NCBI GenBank assembly: GCA_965279115.1
Contig: OZ257137.1
Coordinates: forward strand, 433,847-497,846
Reading direction: 5' to 3'
Length of the DNA stretch: 64,000 nucleotides
Source of the DNA: Burkholderiales bacterium
GTDB taxonomy: Bacteria; Pseudomonadota; Gammaproteobacteria; Burkholderiales; JAEUOS01
In this document: piece by piece, positions 18,373 to 28,459 of the stretch
Layout: each line of letters opens with the position of its first letter
Numbering within the stretch: the stretch's first letter is position 1
Notes under the pieces: model-generated
Seen by the model: only the letters and a program-made list of their open reading frames with translations
What the model was told of the DNA's origin: nothing
Database searches by the model: none
Program-made: the position numbers and the translations under genes

Positions 18373-20472
18373 TCATACGCCGAGATAGGCTTCGCGGCTG
18401 CCCAGCCAGCGCTCCAGGTGCGCCTCGACCCGGGCATCACCCTGCGTAAGCATGGCCTCGGCGCAATCGCGTGCGGCTTCGATCAGGTCGACGTCCTCTT
18501 CCAGATCGGCAAAACGCAACAACGGCACGCCGCTTTGCTGGCGCCCGAGAAACTCGCCCGGGCCGCGCAGGCGCAGGTCGGCGCGCGCGATCTCGAAGCC
18601 GTCGGTGGTCTCGAACATCACCTTCAGGCGCTCGCGCGCGCCCTGTGACAGCGGATTGGCGTAGAGCAGGATGCACACGCTTTCATGCGTGCCGCGCCCC
18701 ACCCGGCCGCGCAACTGGTGCAGCTGCGACAGACCAAAGCGCTCCGCGTGCTCGATCACCATCAGGGACGCGTTGGGCACATCCACGCCCACCTCGATGA
18801 CCGTGGTCGCCACCAGCACCTGCGTGGTCCCGGCGACGAAATCGACCATCACCGCCGCCTTGTCCTCCGGCTTCATGCGGCCGTGCACCAGCCCGACCTT
18901 CAGTTCGGCAAGCGCCGCGGTCAAGTGTTCATGGGTCTCGACCGCGGTTTTCAGGTCGAGCGTCTCGGATTCCTCGATCAGCGGGCATACCCAGTACACC
19001 TGCCGCCCCGCGCGGCAGGCCTCGCGGATGCGCTCGACCACCTCGTCCCGGCGCGCCTCGGCCACCAGCTTGGTCACCACAGGGGTGCGCCCGGGTGGCA
19101 GTTCGTCGATCACCGAAACATCCAGGTCGGCATAGAAGGTCATGGCCAATGTGCGCGGGATCGGCGTGGCGCTCATCATCAGTTGATGCGGCTGGGTGGT
19201 CGCATCCCCCGCCTCGCCACCCTTGCGCGCCAGCGACAGGCGCTGCTCCACACCGAAGCGGTGCTGCTCGTCGACAATCGCCAGGCCCAGGCGGTGAAAG
19301 CTCACCTTGTCCTGGAACAGCGCATGGGTGCCCACCACCAGCGCGGCGCTGCCATCGGCCGCGGCTGCCAGACCCATGTCCTTCTGCTTCTTCTTGAGGC
19401 TGCCCGCCAGCCAGGCGATATTGACGCCCAGGGGCTTGAGCCAGAACTCCAGCTTTCGGTAGTGCTGCTCGGCAAGGATTTCCGTGGGCGCCATGAAGGC
19501 GGCCTGGTAACCGCAGTCGATGGCGCGGCAGGCTGCCAGCGCCGCCACGATGGTCTTGCCGCTGCCGACATCGCCCTGCAACAGGCGACGCATGGGATGC
19601 GGTGCGGCGAGGTCGCGCGCGATTTCCTCGAAAGTTCGTGCTTGCGCACGGGTCAGGCGGAACGGCAGGCCGGCCAGCAGGCGCGCCTCGAGCGATTCTT
19701 CGGGTGTTGCCGCTTTCGCCAGCACTGGTGCGCTCTGGATGCGCCGTGCCCGATAGGCACGCTTGAGCGATAGTTGCTGGGCGAGGATCTCGTCGAACTT
19801 CATGCGCCGCCAGGCCTGCGGATCGCGGCCTTCGGTCACGCCCGGCGCGGGAAAGTGCAATGCGTCGATGGCGCGGGCGAACGGCGCCAATGCCAGGTCG
19901 CGCACCGGAGGTGCGGTGTCCGCCAGCTGCCCTTCCTTGCGCGCCGCCTCGATGGCCGAAACGATGATGCGCCGCAGGGTGCCCTGACCGACGCCAGCGG
20001 TGGCGGGGTATACCGGCGTGAGCGCCTGCGGCAGGGGCGTGCCCTCGAACACCTCGCGATAGCGCGGATGGATCATCTCGGCACCCACAAAACCGGTGCG
20101 CGGTTCGCCCGAGACGCGCAGGCGCTTGCCTTCGGCCAGGGCCTTGACCTGGCTGCCGTAAAAGTTGAGAAAGCGCAGGGTCAGCACGCCGCTGTCGTCG
20201 GCGATCCTGACCATCAGGGTGCGACGCGGCCGATACTGGACGTCGGCGCTTGCGATCACGCCCTCCACCTGCGCGAACACGCCATCGACCAGCGCATCAA
20301 TAGGCGTGATGCGGGTCTCGTCCTCGTAACGCAAGGGCAGATGCAGGATAAGGTCGAATCGCGACCTGAGTCCGAGTTTGGCGAGCTTGGCGCCAATCGC
20401 CGGTGCGACGCCCGGCGGCCCCTTGGGCGGCGCCTGCTTTTGTACAGCCTTGGCGCTGCGCGCGGTGCTCAA
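18373..20472 (-). CDS. recG: ATP-dependent DNA helicase RecG
   Basis: Wedge domain, Walker [17 protein letters not shown], and TPIPRTL and [12 protein letters not shown] motifs. The only sensible start is TTG at 20472, overlapping the ridA stop (TTGA) and giving 699 aa. The track ORF runs on into ridA. Confidence 0.9.
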   Translation of the reverse strand: MSTARSAKAVQKQAPPKGPPGVAPAIGAKLAKLGLRSRFDLILHLPLRYEDETRITPIDALVDGVFAQVEGVIASADVQYRPRRTLMVRIADDSGVLTLRFLNFYGSQVKALAEGKRLRVSGEPRTGFVGAEMIHPRYREVFEGTPLPQALTPVYPATAGVGQGTLRRIIVSAIEAARKEGQLADTAPPVRDLALAPFARAIDALHFPAPGVTEGRDPQAWRRMKFDEILAQQLSLKRAYRARRIQSAPVLAKAATPEESLEARLLAGLPFRLTRAQARTFEEIARDLAAPHPMRRLLQGDVGSGKTIVAALAACRAIDCGYQAAFMAPTEILAEQHYRKLEFWLKPLGVNIAWLAGSLKKKQKDMGLAAAADGSAALVVGTHALFQDKVSFHRLGLAIVDEQHRFGVEQRLSLARKGGEAGDATTQPHQLMMSATPIPRTLAMTFYADLDVSVIDELPPGRTPVVTKLVAEARRDEVVERIREACRAGRQVYWVCPLIEESETLDLKTAVETHEHLTAALAELKVGLVHGRMKPEDKAAVMVDFVAGTTQVLVATTVIEVGVDVPNASLMVIEHAERFGLSQLHQLRGRVGRGTHESVCILLYANPLSQGARERLKVMFETTDGFEIARADLRLRGPGEFLGRQQSGVPLLRFADLEEDVDLIEAARDCAEAMLTQGDARVEAHLERWLGSREAYLGV

Positions 20473-20852
20473 CCGATGACCAGCACCGCGTCGGCTTCGA
20501 CCTGCGCGCCGCGCGGCAGGCTGGCCACGCCCACGGCGGCACGCGCCGGGTACGGCTGGGTGAAGTAACGCGCCATCGCCTCGTTGACTTTGGCGAAGTT
20601 GCCCAGGTCGGTCAGGAAGATGGTGACCTTCACCGCGTCGCCCAGCGATCCGCCGCACGCGGCGGCCACCGCCTTCAAGTTCTCGAAGACCTGCACCACC
20701 TCCGCCTCGAAACCGCCCGTGACCAGCTGGCCGGTAGCCGGATCAAGGGCGATCTGCCCGGAGAGGTAACAGGTGTTGCCGGCCCTGATGGCCTGCGAAT
20801 AGGTGCCGATGGCGGCGGGTGCAGAAGGCGTTGAAACCGGGGTGTTGGGCAT
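20469..20852 (-). CDS. ridA: RidA/YjgF family reactive enamine/imine deaminase
   Basis: [47 protein letters not shown] are the family signatures. 127 aa. Confidence 0.9.
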   Translation of the reverse strand: MPNTPVSTPSAPAAIGTYSQAIRAGNTCYLSGQIALDPATGQLVTGGFEAEVVQVFENLKAVAAACGGSLGDAVKVTIFLTDLGNFAKVNEAMARYFTQPYPARAAVGVASLPRGAQVEADAVLVIG

Positions 20853-20938
20853 GGCGCGATTGACGCTTGAAGCTAAGGGATGCCAGTTTAATCAAAAGTA
20901 CCCCCTCCACCGCACACCGGACGCAGCCAGCTGATCCG

Positions 20939-20970
20939 CAAAACAAAAAGGCGTCCCTCGCGGAACGCCT
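20939..20970 (-). terminator. rho-independent terminator downstream of aceA
   Basis: The minus strand reads GGCGTTCC-GCGA-GGGACGCC (8-bp stem, GNRA loop) followed by TTTTTGTTTT, 55 nt after the aceA stop. Confidence 0.8.
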
Positions 20971-21024
20971 CTTTCAGCCCCGCAACAGGACTCGGAACGG
21001 CGCGAACGCCGCCCCGAACCCGCC

Positions 21025-22350
<1,326 letters not shown>

Positions 22351-22499
22351 GGCATTTCCTTCCTGGTTTTGATTGAACACGCACTGTTTTGTCGCCTCCG
22401 CCCGCCCCCTTCAATTCAGGGTGTCTGGGGCTCTTGTGCATTGCGTGAGGCGCAGTGTGCAAAACCCGGATGCTGCATGGCAACCAATTTAGCGACGTG

Positions 22500-22613
22500 T
22501 AGCACTTACTTAATAATTCTTTGTTTTCATGAAGTTTTTTGTTTTTTTATTGATTTATGTCAAGAGTAAATAAGCACTTAAATCGCGCGCTGCAACAACT
22601 CGCTAAGTGCTTA
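22500..22613. promoter_or_regulatory. AT-rich island with three copies of a TA(A)GCACTTA near-palindrome upstream of aceA
   Basis: TAGCACTTA at 22500-22508, TAAGCACTTA at 22571-22580, and its exact reverse complement TAAGTGCTTA at 22604-22613. T-runs lie between them (gaagttttttgtttttttattgatttatg). Confidence 0.45.
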
Positions 22614-22809
22614 AAACGCGAATCTTGAAAAACCCTGTGGATACGATGGGTTACTCGGTTCAACAAGTTTGCCGCAACATATCCGACTGGAATGCTCAGG
22701 TATACTTCGGCAACCCGTGTCCGCGACCAACCCTGTTGGTTGCGACGCCGCAAGGCCACCCTCACGGGCACCTACATCAACCGCAAATTTTTGTGACAAC
22801 CAGCACGCA

Positions 22810-23409
22810 ATGACACCCATCGACCCGCACCACACCCCGGAAAAGTCCGCCGCCAAGATGCGCCCGATTCCCCGCTTCATTTTTGCCAGCCGCTGGTTGC
22901 AGTTTCCGCTGTACCTGGGCCTGATTGCGGCGCAGCTTGTCTACGTCTTCCATTTCTGGGTGGAACTCACGCACCTGATCGAGGCCGCTTTCGGACACGG
23001 CCCGCTATTGAAGGATGCGGTCGACGGCAAGCTCACGGAAACGGCGATCATGCTGGTGGTGCTCGGCCTGATCGACGTCGTCATGATTTCCAACCTGCTC
23101 ATCATGGTGATCGTCGGTGGCTACGAGACGTTTGTGTCGCGGATGAATCTGGAAGACCATCCGGATCAGCCGGAATGGCTATCGCACGTCAACGCCAGCG
23201 TGCTCAAGGTCAAACTGGCGACGGCCATCATCGGCATCTCGTCGATCCATCTGCTGAAAACCTTCATCAACGCGCAGCATTACGACGAGAAGACCCTGAT
23301 CGCCCAGACGGTGATCCACATCGCCTTCCTGCTGTCCGCGATGGCAATCGCCTACACCGACTACATCATGGAGAAGTCGATCACGCTGGCGCGCGCGCAC
23401 CAGCACTAG
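22810..23409 (+). CDS. YqhA/UPF0114 family membrane protein
   Basis: RWLQFPLYLGLIAAQLVYVFHF..IDVVMISNLLIMVIVGGYETFVS..KVKLATAIIGISSIHLL matches the UPF0114 pattern. ATG 22810 is used (alternative ATG at MRPIPRF). Confidence 0.75.
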   Translation: MTPIDPHHTPEKSAAKMRPIPRFIFASRWLQFPLYLGLIAAQLVYVFHFWVELTHLIEAAFGHGPLLKDAVDGKLTETAIMLVVLGLIDVVMISNLLIMVIVGGYETFVSRMNLEDHPDQPEWLSHVNASVLKVKLATAIIGISSIHLLKTFINAQHYDEKTLIAQTVIHIAFLLSAMAIAYTDYIMEKSITLARAHQH

Positions 23410-23461
23410 GGGGCCGAAGGCAGGCCTTTACTTTTGCGCGCCCATTCAGACGGGCGCCGCG

Positions 23462-23803
23462 TCAGAAGGGCATCTTGAATCCGGCCGGCATGCCCATGCC
23501 GGAGGACAGTGCGCCCTTCTTCTCTTCCGAGACCGTGTCGGCCTTGCGGGACGCGTCGTTGAAGGCCGCTGCGATCAGGTCTTCGAGCATTTCGCGGTCG
23601 TCGCCCAGCAGGGACGGATCGATGGTCACACGCTTGACCGAATGGTTGCCGCTCATCACCACCTTGACCATGCCGGCGCCGGACTGGCCTTCGATGTCCA
23701 TGGCGGCCAGCTCTTCCTGGATCTTCGCCATTTGTTGCTGCATCTTTTCCTGCATTGCCTGCGCCTGTTTCATCAGGCCGGCCAGTTGTCCCTTGTTGAA
23801 CAT
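23462..23803 (-). CDS. ybaB: YbaB/EbfC family nucleoid-associated protein
   Basis: [56 protein letters not shown]. Lies directly downstream of dnaX. Confidence 0.92.
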   Translation of the reverse strand: MFNKGQLAGLMKQAQAMQEKMQQQMAKIQEELAAMDIEGQSGAGMVKVVMSGNHSVKRVTIDPSLLGDDREMLEDLIAAAFNDASRKADTVSEEKKGALSSGMGMPAGFKMPF

Positions 23804-23885
23804 GTGAGAGCACTCCGTAGGTCAGGGTTTGCGCGCGCGAAGCGCGATAGATTCGGGGGGTGGATTCGGAATTTTCGCGCCGGAC

Positions 23886-25505
23886 TCAGGCCGGCCGGAT
23901 ATTGGTAGCTGCCGCGCCGGTCTTTTCGACCATTTCCTTGACAAACGGGTCGGCGTCGATCGACGCCTCCGCCGCCTTCTGGCGCACATCGTTGTGCTTT
24001 TCGGCGATCGCCGCCACCGAGGCGCCGGCCATCTCGCCTACCGCAACTGCCAGGCGCACCGGACGCCCAAGGTATTGCTCGATCGCCGCGCGCAGCTTTT
24101 CCTGCATCGGCTTGTCGTCGGCAAGCACCTTGGTGGGCACACGCAGGTGGAAGGTGCCGGCGTCATGCGCATCGAATTCACTCTTGTTGGCCCAGGTGCG
24201 CACAAAGCCGGTCAGCGGCAGACGCGCGATGAGCGCCGGCCAGTCGCCATCGAATGTGCCGTTGGCCACCGCCGCACTCGCGGCCGGCGCAACCGGTGCC
24301 GTCCGCACGGGCTGGGTTGCGGCGGGCTCCTTCGGCGCAGGCGCGGCGCGCTCCGCGGGTGCACGGGCAGCGGCCGGCTGGCGCGAAGCGGCAGGCGCGG
24401 GGGAAGCCGCCGCGCCCCCATCATCCGGCCGAAAGCTCAGCATGCGCAACGCCGTCATGGTGAAACCGGTCGCCTCGTCGGGCGCGAACGGCAGGTCATT
24501 CTTGCCATGGATCGCGATCTGGTAGAACAACTGCACGTCCTCGGGCGAAAGCGCGGCCGCCAGTCGCATCACATCGGCGCGGTCCGGCACATCCTCGGAC
24601 ACCGCCGCCGGGATCACCTGCGCCACGGCGATGCGCGACAGCAATGCGGCCAGGTCCGACATCGCCTGGGCGAATGAAAGGCTCATGCCCTCCATGGCGG
24701 TGATGGTCTGGTGCAGCGCCGGGCCATCCTGCGCGGCCACCGCATCGAGTATGCGCACCAGATGCGCCGAATCGATGGTCCCCAGCATGCCGCGCACCGC
24801 AACCTCGGTCACCGGCCCGGCACTGTAGGCGATCGCCTGGTCCGAAAGCGACAGCGCGTCGCGCATGCTGCCCGAGGCCGCCTGCGCCAGGAGGCGCAGG
24901 GCCGGCTTCTCGGCTTCAATGCCTTCCTCGCCGAACACGCGTTCCAGGTGGCCGACGATCTGCGACTGCGGCATCTGCTTCAGGTTGAACTGCAGGCAGC
25001 GCGACAACACGGTGACGGGGATCTTCTGCGGATCGGTGGTCGCCAGCACGAACTTGACATGCTCGGGCGGTTCCTCGAGGGTCTTCAACATCGCGTTGAA
25101 CGCGGTGTTGGTGAGCATGTGCACCTCGTCGATCATCAGCACCTTGTAGCGCGAGGAGTCGAGCTTGTAGGGGGCAGACTCGAGGATCTGCGTCATCTCG
25201 TCGATGCCGCGGTTGGAGGCCGCGTCCATCTCGATGTAGTCGATGAAACGACCTGCATCGATCGCCACGCAGGTCGCACACACGCCACACGGTGTGGAAG
25301 TCACCCCGGTTTCGCAGTTGAGCGCCTTGGCAAGAATGCGCGAGATGGTGGTCTTGCCGACGCCGCGGGTGCCGGTGAACAGGTAGGCGTGGTGCAATCG
25401 CTTGCCGTCGAGCGCATGGGTCAAGGCCTTGACCACATGCTCCTGCCCCACCAGGGTCGCGAAATTCTTCGGGCGGTACTTGCGGGCAAGAACGAGATAG
25501 GACAT
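23886..25505 (-). CDS. dnaX: DNA polymerase III subunit gamma/tau
   Basis: MSYLVLARKYRPKNFATLVGQEHV, Walker A GTRGVGKTT, Zn module CGVCATCVAI, and DEVHML. Ala/Pro-rich linker. 539 aa from ATG 25505. Confidence 0.93.
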   Translation of the reverse strand: MSYLVLARKYRPKNFATLVGQEHVVKALTHALDGKRLHHAYLFTGTRGVGKTTISRILAKALNCETGVTSTPCGVCATCVAIDAGRFIDYIEMDAASNRGIDEMTQILESAPYKLDSSRYKVLMIDEVHMLTNTAFNAMLKTLEEPPEHVKFVLATTDPQKIPVTVLSRCLQFNLKQMPQSQIVGHLERVFGEEGIEAEKPALRLLAQAASGSMRDALSLSDQAIAYSAGPVTEVAVRGMLGTIDSAHLVRILDAVAAQDGPALHQTITAMEGMSLSFAQAMSDLAALLSRIAVAQVIPAAVSEDVPDRADVMRLAAALSPEDVQLFYQIAIHGKNDLPFAPDEATGFTMTALRMLSFRPDDGGAAASPAPAASRQPAAARAPAERAAPAPKEPAATQPVRTAPVAPAASAAVANGTFDGDWPALIARLPLTGFVRTWANKSEFDAHDAGTFHLRVPTKVLADDKPMQEKLRAAIEQYLGRPVRLAVAVGEMAGASVAAIAEKHNDVRQKAAEASIDADPFVKEMVEKTGAAATNIRPA

Positions 25506-25626
25506 GGGTGAAATTCTACCCGACCGCCTGTCCGGCAACCGCCCTCTTGTGCTCGAGACAGGGGCTGCAAACCCGGATGGCAGTCCGGCAACAAGCCGGA
25601 CCGGTGCGCGCCGCGATGCAGAATTC

Positions 25627-25727
25627 GGTTGGCGAGCCTGACCCCGGCACTTGGGGTGATTGGTTATGGCTGCTTCGTTCCCGACCTGACCAGGTTCCCA
25701 AGCCTCAATGCGGGGGGGCCCGCCACC
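25627..25727 (-). ncRNA. ffs: signal recognition particle RNA (small/4.5S type)
   Basis: The minus strand contains CCUGGUCAGGUCGGGAACGAAGCAGCCAUAAC, the conserved domain IV (compare E. coli 4.5S ACCAGGUCAGGUCCGGAAGGAAGCAGCC). The 5' GGUGGCGGGCC pairs with the 3' GGCUCGCCAACC. The position upstream of dnaX is classical. Confidence 0.85.
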
Positions 25728-25777
25728 GCGAATTGTATCAGCCGGCCATGTCGGGGCGTTCCAACACGCGTGGCGGC

Positions 25778-26041
25778 CTAGCCGCCGCCCTTCTGGAAAT
25801 AGAGATCGAAGCGGCGCCGGAAGGCCTCTGCGTCCGCCTCGTTCAAGCCCGTCACGTGGATTTCCACCTCGCGCAGCGGCAGGCGAATCAGGCCAATGCG
25901 CCGCTCGCGCGCCGGGCCGAGATGGATGCGCCAGCGCCCCGCCCCGGTCGGGCCCGCGTACCCGCCATCCACCGCTTCAATGGCGACATGGTTCACCGCC
26001 GCCGGCAGCAGGCGTTCAAACTCCGGCTGAGTGATGTTCAT
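25778..26041 (-). CDS. small hypothetical protein ending in Gly-Gly-Gly
   Basis: 87 aa from ATG 26041 (MNITQPEFERLL...FDLYFQKGGG). An alternative start lies 21 nt upstream (MLLVRQE). High GC3 coding pattern in this frame. I recognise no family. Confidence 0.5.
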   Translation of the reverse strand: MNITQPEFERLLPAAVNHVAIEAVDGGYAGPTGAGRWRIHLGPARERRIGLIRLPLREVEIHVTGLNEADAEAFRRRFDLYFQKGGG

Positions 26042-26108
26042 TTCCTGGCGGACCAGCAGCATGCGATTCGCGGCGATCGTGCGCAGGCAGACTGAATGCT
26101 GGGACGGC

Positions 26109-26363
26109 CTAGCCGCCCGCCACTGGCGGCCAGATGGCCAGCGCATCGCCGTCGGCGAGCGCGCGCGTCGCCCGCGCCTCGGGTGCGATGAACACGCCAT
26201 TGACCAGCACCAGGTGCACCAGTTTGGGCGGCAGGTTGTAGGGCGCGATGATCTCGGCGATGGTGGCCCCCTCGCCTACCTCGAGTTCAACCATGTTGGT
26301 GCGACGCGCCTCGGCGGGCAGGTAGTCGGACAGCGTGGCGTAGAGCTTGAAGGTGATCTTCAT
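26109..26363 (-). CDS. MoaD/ThiS family ubiquitin-like sulfur-carrier protein
   Basis: 84 aa, MKITFKLYATLSDYLP...NGVFIAPEARATRALADGDALAIWPPVAGG. Beta-grasp length and terminal GG are typical of MoaD/ThiS. Confidence 0.75.
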   Translation of the reverse strand: MKITFKLYATLSDYLPAEARRTNMVELEVGEGATIAEIIAPYNLPPKLVHLVLVNGVFIAPEARATRALADGDALAIWPPVAGG

Positions 26364-26392
26364 CGTCGCGGCTGCGGATATCGAACGGCGCC

Positions 26393-27049
26393 CTACGGCG
26401 CAAGCCGGCCGAGCCGCCAGCCCGCTGCGCCCGCGGTGTAGGCGACGCGATCGTGCAGGCGGCTGCGGCGCCCTTGCCAGAACTCGAAGCATTCCGGTAT
26501 CAGGCGATAGCCACCCCAATGCGCCGGACGCGGCGGCGCCTCCCCCAGGCGCGCCTGCGCGGCGGCGAACTCGCGCTCGAGCCATTCGCGGTTTTCGATC
26601 TCGCGGCTTTGCGGCGAGGCGTGGGCACCGATGCGGCTCAAAAGTGGCCGCGAGGCGAAATAGTCATCCGCTGCGCCGGCCTCCGCCTTCTCGACATGAC
26701 CTTCGATGCGCACCTCGCGTTCGAGTTCGACCCAGTGGAAAAGCATCGCCGCATACGGATTGGCCGCCAGTTCGGCGCCCTTGCGGCTCTGATAGTTCGT
26801 GTAGAAAACGAAGCCGCGCGCATCGACCTCTTTCAAGAGCAGGATGCGCGAGGACGGGCGGCCCCTCGCATCGGCGGTCGCCAGTGACATCGCCGTGGGC
26901 TCCGGGCATTGCGCCGCCATCGCCTCGGCCATCCATTTGCGAAATTGCTCGAACGGGTCGGCCGCCACGTCGGCCACGTCCAGCGAGGCCAGCGCATAGT
27001 CCTTGCGCAGGTCGGCAAGGTTCAAATCGGTAGGGCGGGAGGGTTGCAT
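26393..27049 (-). CDS. pdxH: pyridoxamine 5'-phosphate oxidase
   Basis: [34 protein letters not shown], and C-terminal [24 protein letters not shown] signatures. Internal ATG 27049. Confidence 0.93.
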   Translation of the reverse strand: MQPSRPTDLNLADLRKDYALASLDVADVAADPFEQFRKWMAEAMAAQCPEPTAMSLATADARGRPSSRILLLKEVDARGFVFYTNYQSRKGAELAANPYAAMLFHWVELEREVRIEGHVEKAEAGAADDYFASRPLLSRIGAHASPQSREIENREWLEREFAAAQARLGEAPPRPAHWGGYRLIPECFEFWQGRRSRLHDRVAYTAGAAGWRLGRLAP

Positions 27050-27140
27050 TGTCGCGTCCGGCAGACATGGTGCACTAGGGAAAACCCATTCTACCGCGCG
27101 CCCCCCAACGCTAGCGCCGAAGGCCCGGGTGGAACATGGG

Positions 27141-27160
27141 GACCACAACCGGTTGTGGTC
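27141..27160. promoter_or_regulatory. perfect 20-bp palindrome GACCACAACCGGTTGTGGTC in the pdxH / SWIB divergent region
   Basis: Read directly from the sequence. The two 10-nt half sites are exact reverse complements. Confidence 0.4.
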
Positions 27161-27458
27161 ACGCCACCGATGAGCACAGATGCTAGTGACACCGGTTTTC
27201 CGCTGCTCACATGAACTGCGACGGTTTTCAGAGGAGAAACGCGCGAAAAATTTCGCTTTTCCCTCTGTAAACCCGTTGACAAGGCATTCCGGAGTGTGCA
27301 TCCTTCGCGCTGTCACTCTCGGAGAGGGCATTTTTCAGAGTGGCAAGAGACGCAAAATCGTGTGCGGCCGGAATCAAGCGGCGCCGGTTTTGCGACTCTT
27401 GGCAAGTCAGATGCTCGAATCGTTCCGTCAAACTTCATCCTTTCAGGAGGAAATACGC

Positions 27459-27887
27459 ATGGCAACTGCCAAGAAAGCCGCAGCAAAGAAACCCGCAGCC
27501 AAGAAGCCGGCCGCCAAGAAACCCGCAGCCAAGAAAGTAGCCGCCAAGAAGCCGGCCGCCAAGAAGCCAGCGGCCAAGAAGCCCGCTGCCAAGAAGCCGG
27601 CCGCCAAGAAAGCCGCCGCGCCCAAGAAAAAGCGTGCCCCCAATGCGGCGTTCATGAAGCCGGTCACGCCGTCGGCCATCCTGGCCGCGGTCATCGGTGA
27701 GAAGCCCGCGCCGCGCACCGAAGTCACCAGCAAGATCTGGGCGTACATCAAGAAGAACGGCCTGCAGGACAAGGCCAACAAGCGCATGATCAACGCTGAC
27801 GACAAGCTCAAGGCCGTGTTCAACGGCAAGAAGCAGGTCTCGATGTTCGAGATGACCAAGCTGGTTTCGGCCCACCTCAAGGCCTGA
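27459..27887 (+). CDS. histone H1-like (AAKKP repeat) / SWIB-MDM2 domain fusion protein
   Basis: AGGAGG RBS, then MATAKKAAAKKPAAKKP... (about ten AAKK[PVA] units). The C-terminal part, PSAILAAVIGEKPAPRTEVTSKIWAYIKKNGLQD..INADDKLKAVFNGKKQVSMFEMTKLVSAHL, is a SWIB/MDM2 domain pattern. Confidence 0.85.
   Translation: MATAKKAAAKKPAAKKPAAKKPAAKKVAAKKPAAKKPAAKKPAAKKPAAKKAAAPKKKRAPNAAFMKPVTPSAILAAVIGEKPAPRTEVTSKIWAYIKKNGLQDKANKRMINADDKLKAVFNGKKQVSMFEMTKLVSAHLKA
27468..27632 (+). repeat. 15-nt tandem coding repeats (GCC AAG AAR CCN GCN) encoding AAKKP units
   Basis: Direct reading of 27468-27632. The units differ mainly at wobble positions. Confidence 0.85.
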
Positions 27888-27911
27888 TCGCTTCACGCTT
27901 CTGCAGCATGC

Positions 27912-27942
27912 AAAAGGCCCGCCTCGGCGGGCCTTTTCTTTT
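27912..27942 (+). terminator. rho-independent terminator after the SWIB gene
   Basis: AAAAGGCCCGC-CTCG-GCGGGCCTTTTCTTTT, 25 nt after the stop codon. Confidence 0.85.
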
Positions 27943-27980
27943 GCTTGCGAGCGCTCTACCCGCTACGACCCGCCCCGCGC

Positions 27981-28331
27981 CTACAGCGCCCCGCCAACCA
28001 GGTTTTTCGCCGCGCCGGCCGCCCGCAGGCGCCGTGACAGCCGCAAGTACCATGCGCCAAGATGCCGCGCCAGGCGGGTGGCGGGCCCGTGCGTACGGCG
28101 CGGCGCCGAAATGGACACCTGCGCCGGCGCCAGGGCTGCCACGACCAGTGAGGCGTTCCCGCTCACGCGCAGGGTTTGTCCGCGCAGCAATACGTGGTCG
28201 CGGGCGTTGCCGTCCTGGGTGACCCATACGCTGCCCTTCAACACCGTGATGGCTGCGGCAGCCGCGCGCGTGACCGAGATCACATCGCGGGACCCGAGCC
28301 TGAATTCCAGTTGTTCAAAGACGGCTTGCAT
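27981..28331 (-). CDS. DUF2917-like small protein
   Basis: 116 aa. ITVLKGSVWVTQDGNARDHVLLRGQTL resembles the DUF2917 core (G.vWvTqdGd..D.vL..G). Divergent from a LysR gene, as is common for this family. Confidence 0.55.
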   Translation of the reverse strand: MQAVFEQLEFRLGSRDVISVTRAAAAAITVLKGSVWVTQDGNARDHVLLRGQTLRVSGNASLVVAALAPAQVSISAPRRTHGPATRLARHLGAWYLRLSRRLRAAGAAKNLVGGAL

Positions 28332-28459
28332 GGCAGACTTCCTTTCAGATCAGTTTTTCGCATCCGAATCGTTCGCATCAGCGCGTCCGACCGGAACCTG
28401 TGAAAAGATTATGCTTCGCGTCGCCGCCCACGCACAAACGACATTAACGCCGATTTCAC

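Noticed and set aside
22478-22493. Sigma-54-like element TGGCAAccaatTTAGC upstream of the yqhA-like gene. A second one lies on the minus strand near 42025-42045 (AGGAATGCGTTTGCAT).
   Set aside because: The GG-to-GC spacing is off by one nucleotide in both cases, and the -12 element is degenerate. No sigma-54 activator gene is nearby.
23886-25505. Possible programmed -1 frameshift site in dnaX (A AAA AAG as in E. coli)
   Set aside because: I could not find an A-AAA-AAG heptamer (CTTTTTT on the + strand) within the gene, so there is no evidence for a gamma-producing frameshift.
27468-27632. Short tandem repeats (also at 11023-11298) that could superficially resemble a CRISPR-like or VNTR array
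   Set aside because: The units are 15 nt or irregular, contiguous, without spacers, and in frame within clear coding sequences (AAKKP and HDHGH peptides). No cas genes are present and no repeat-spacer architecture occurs anywhere in the window.
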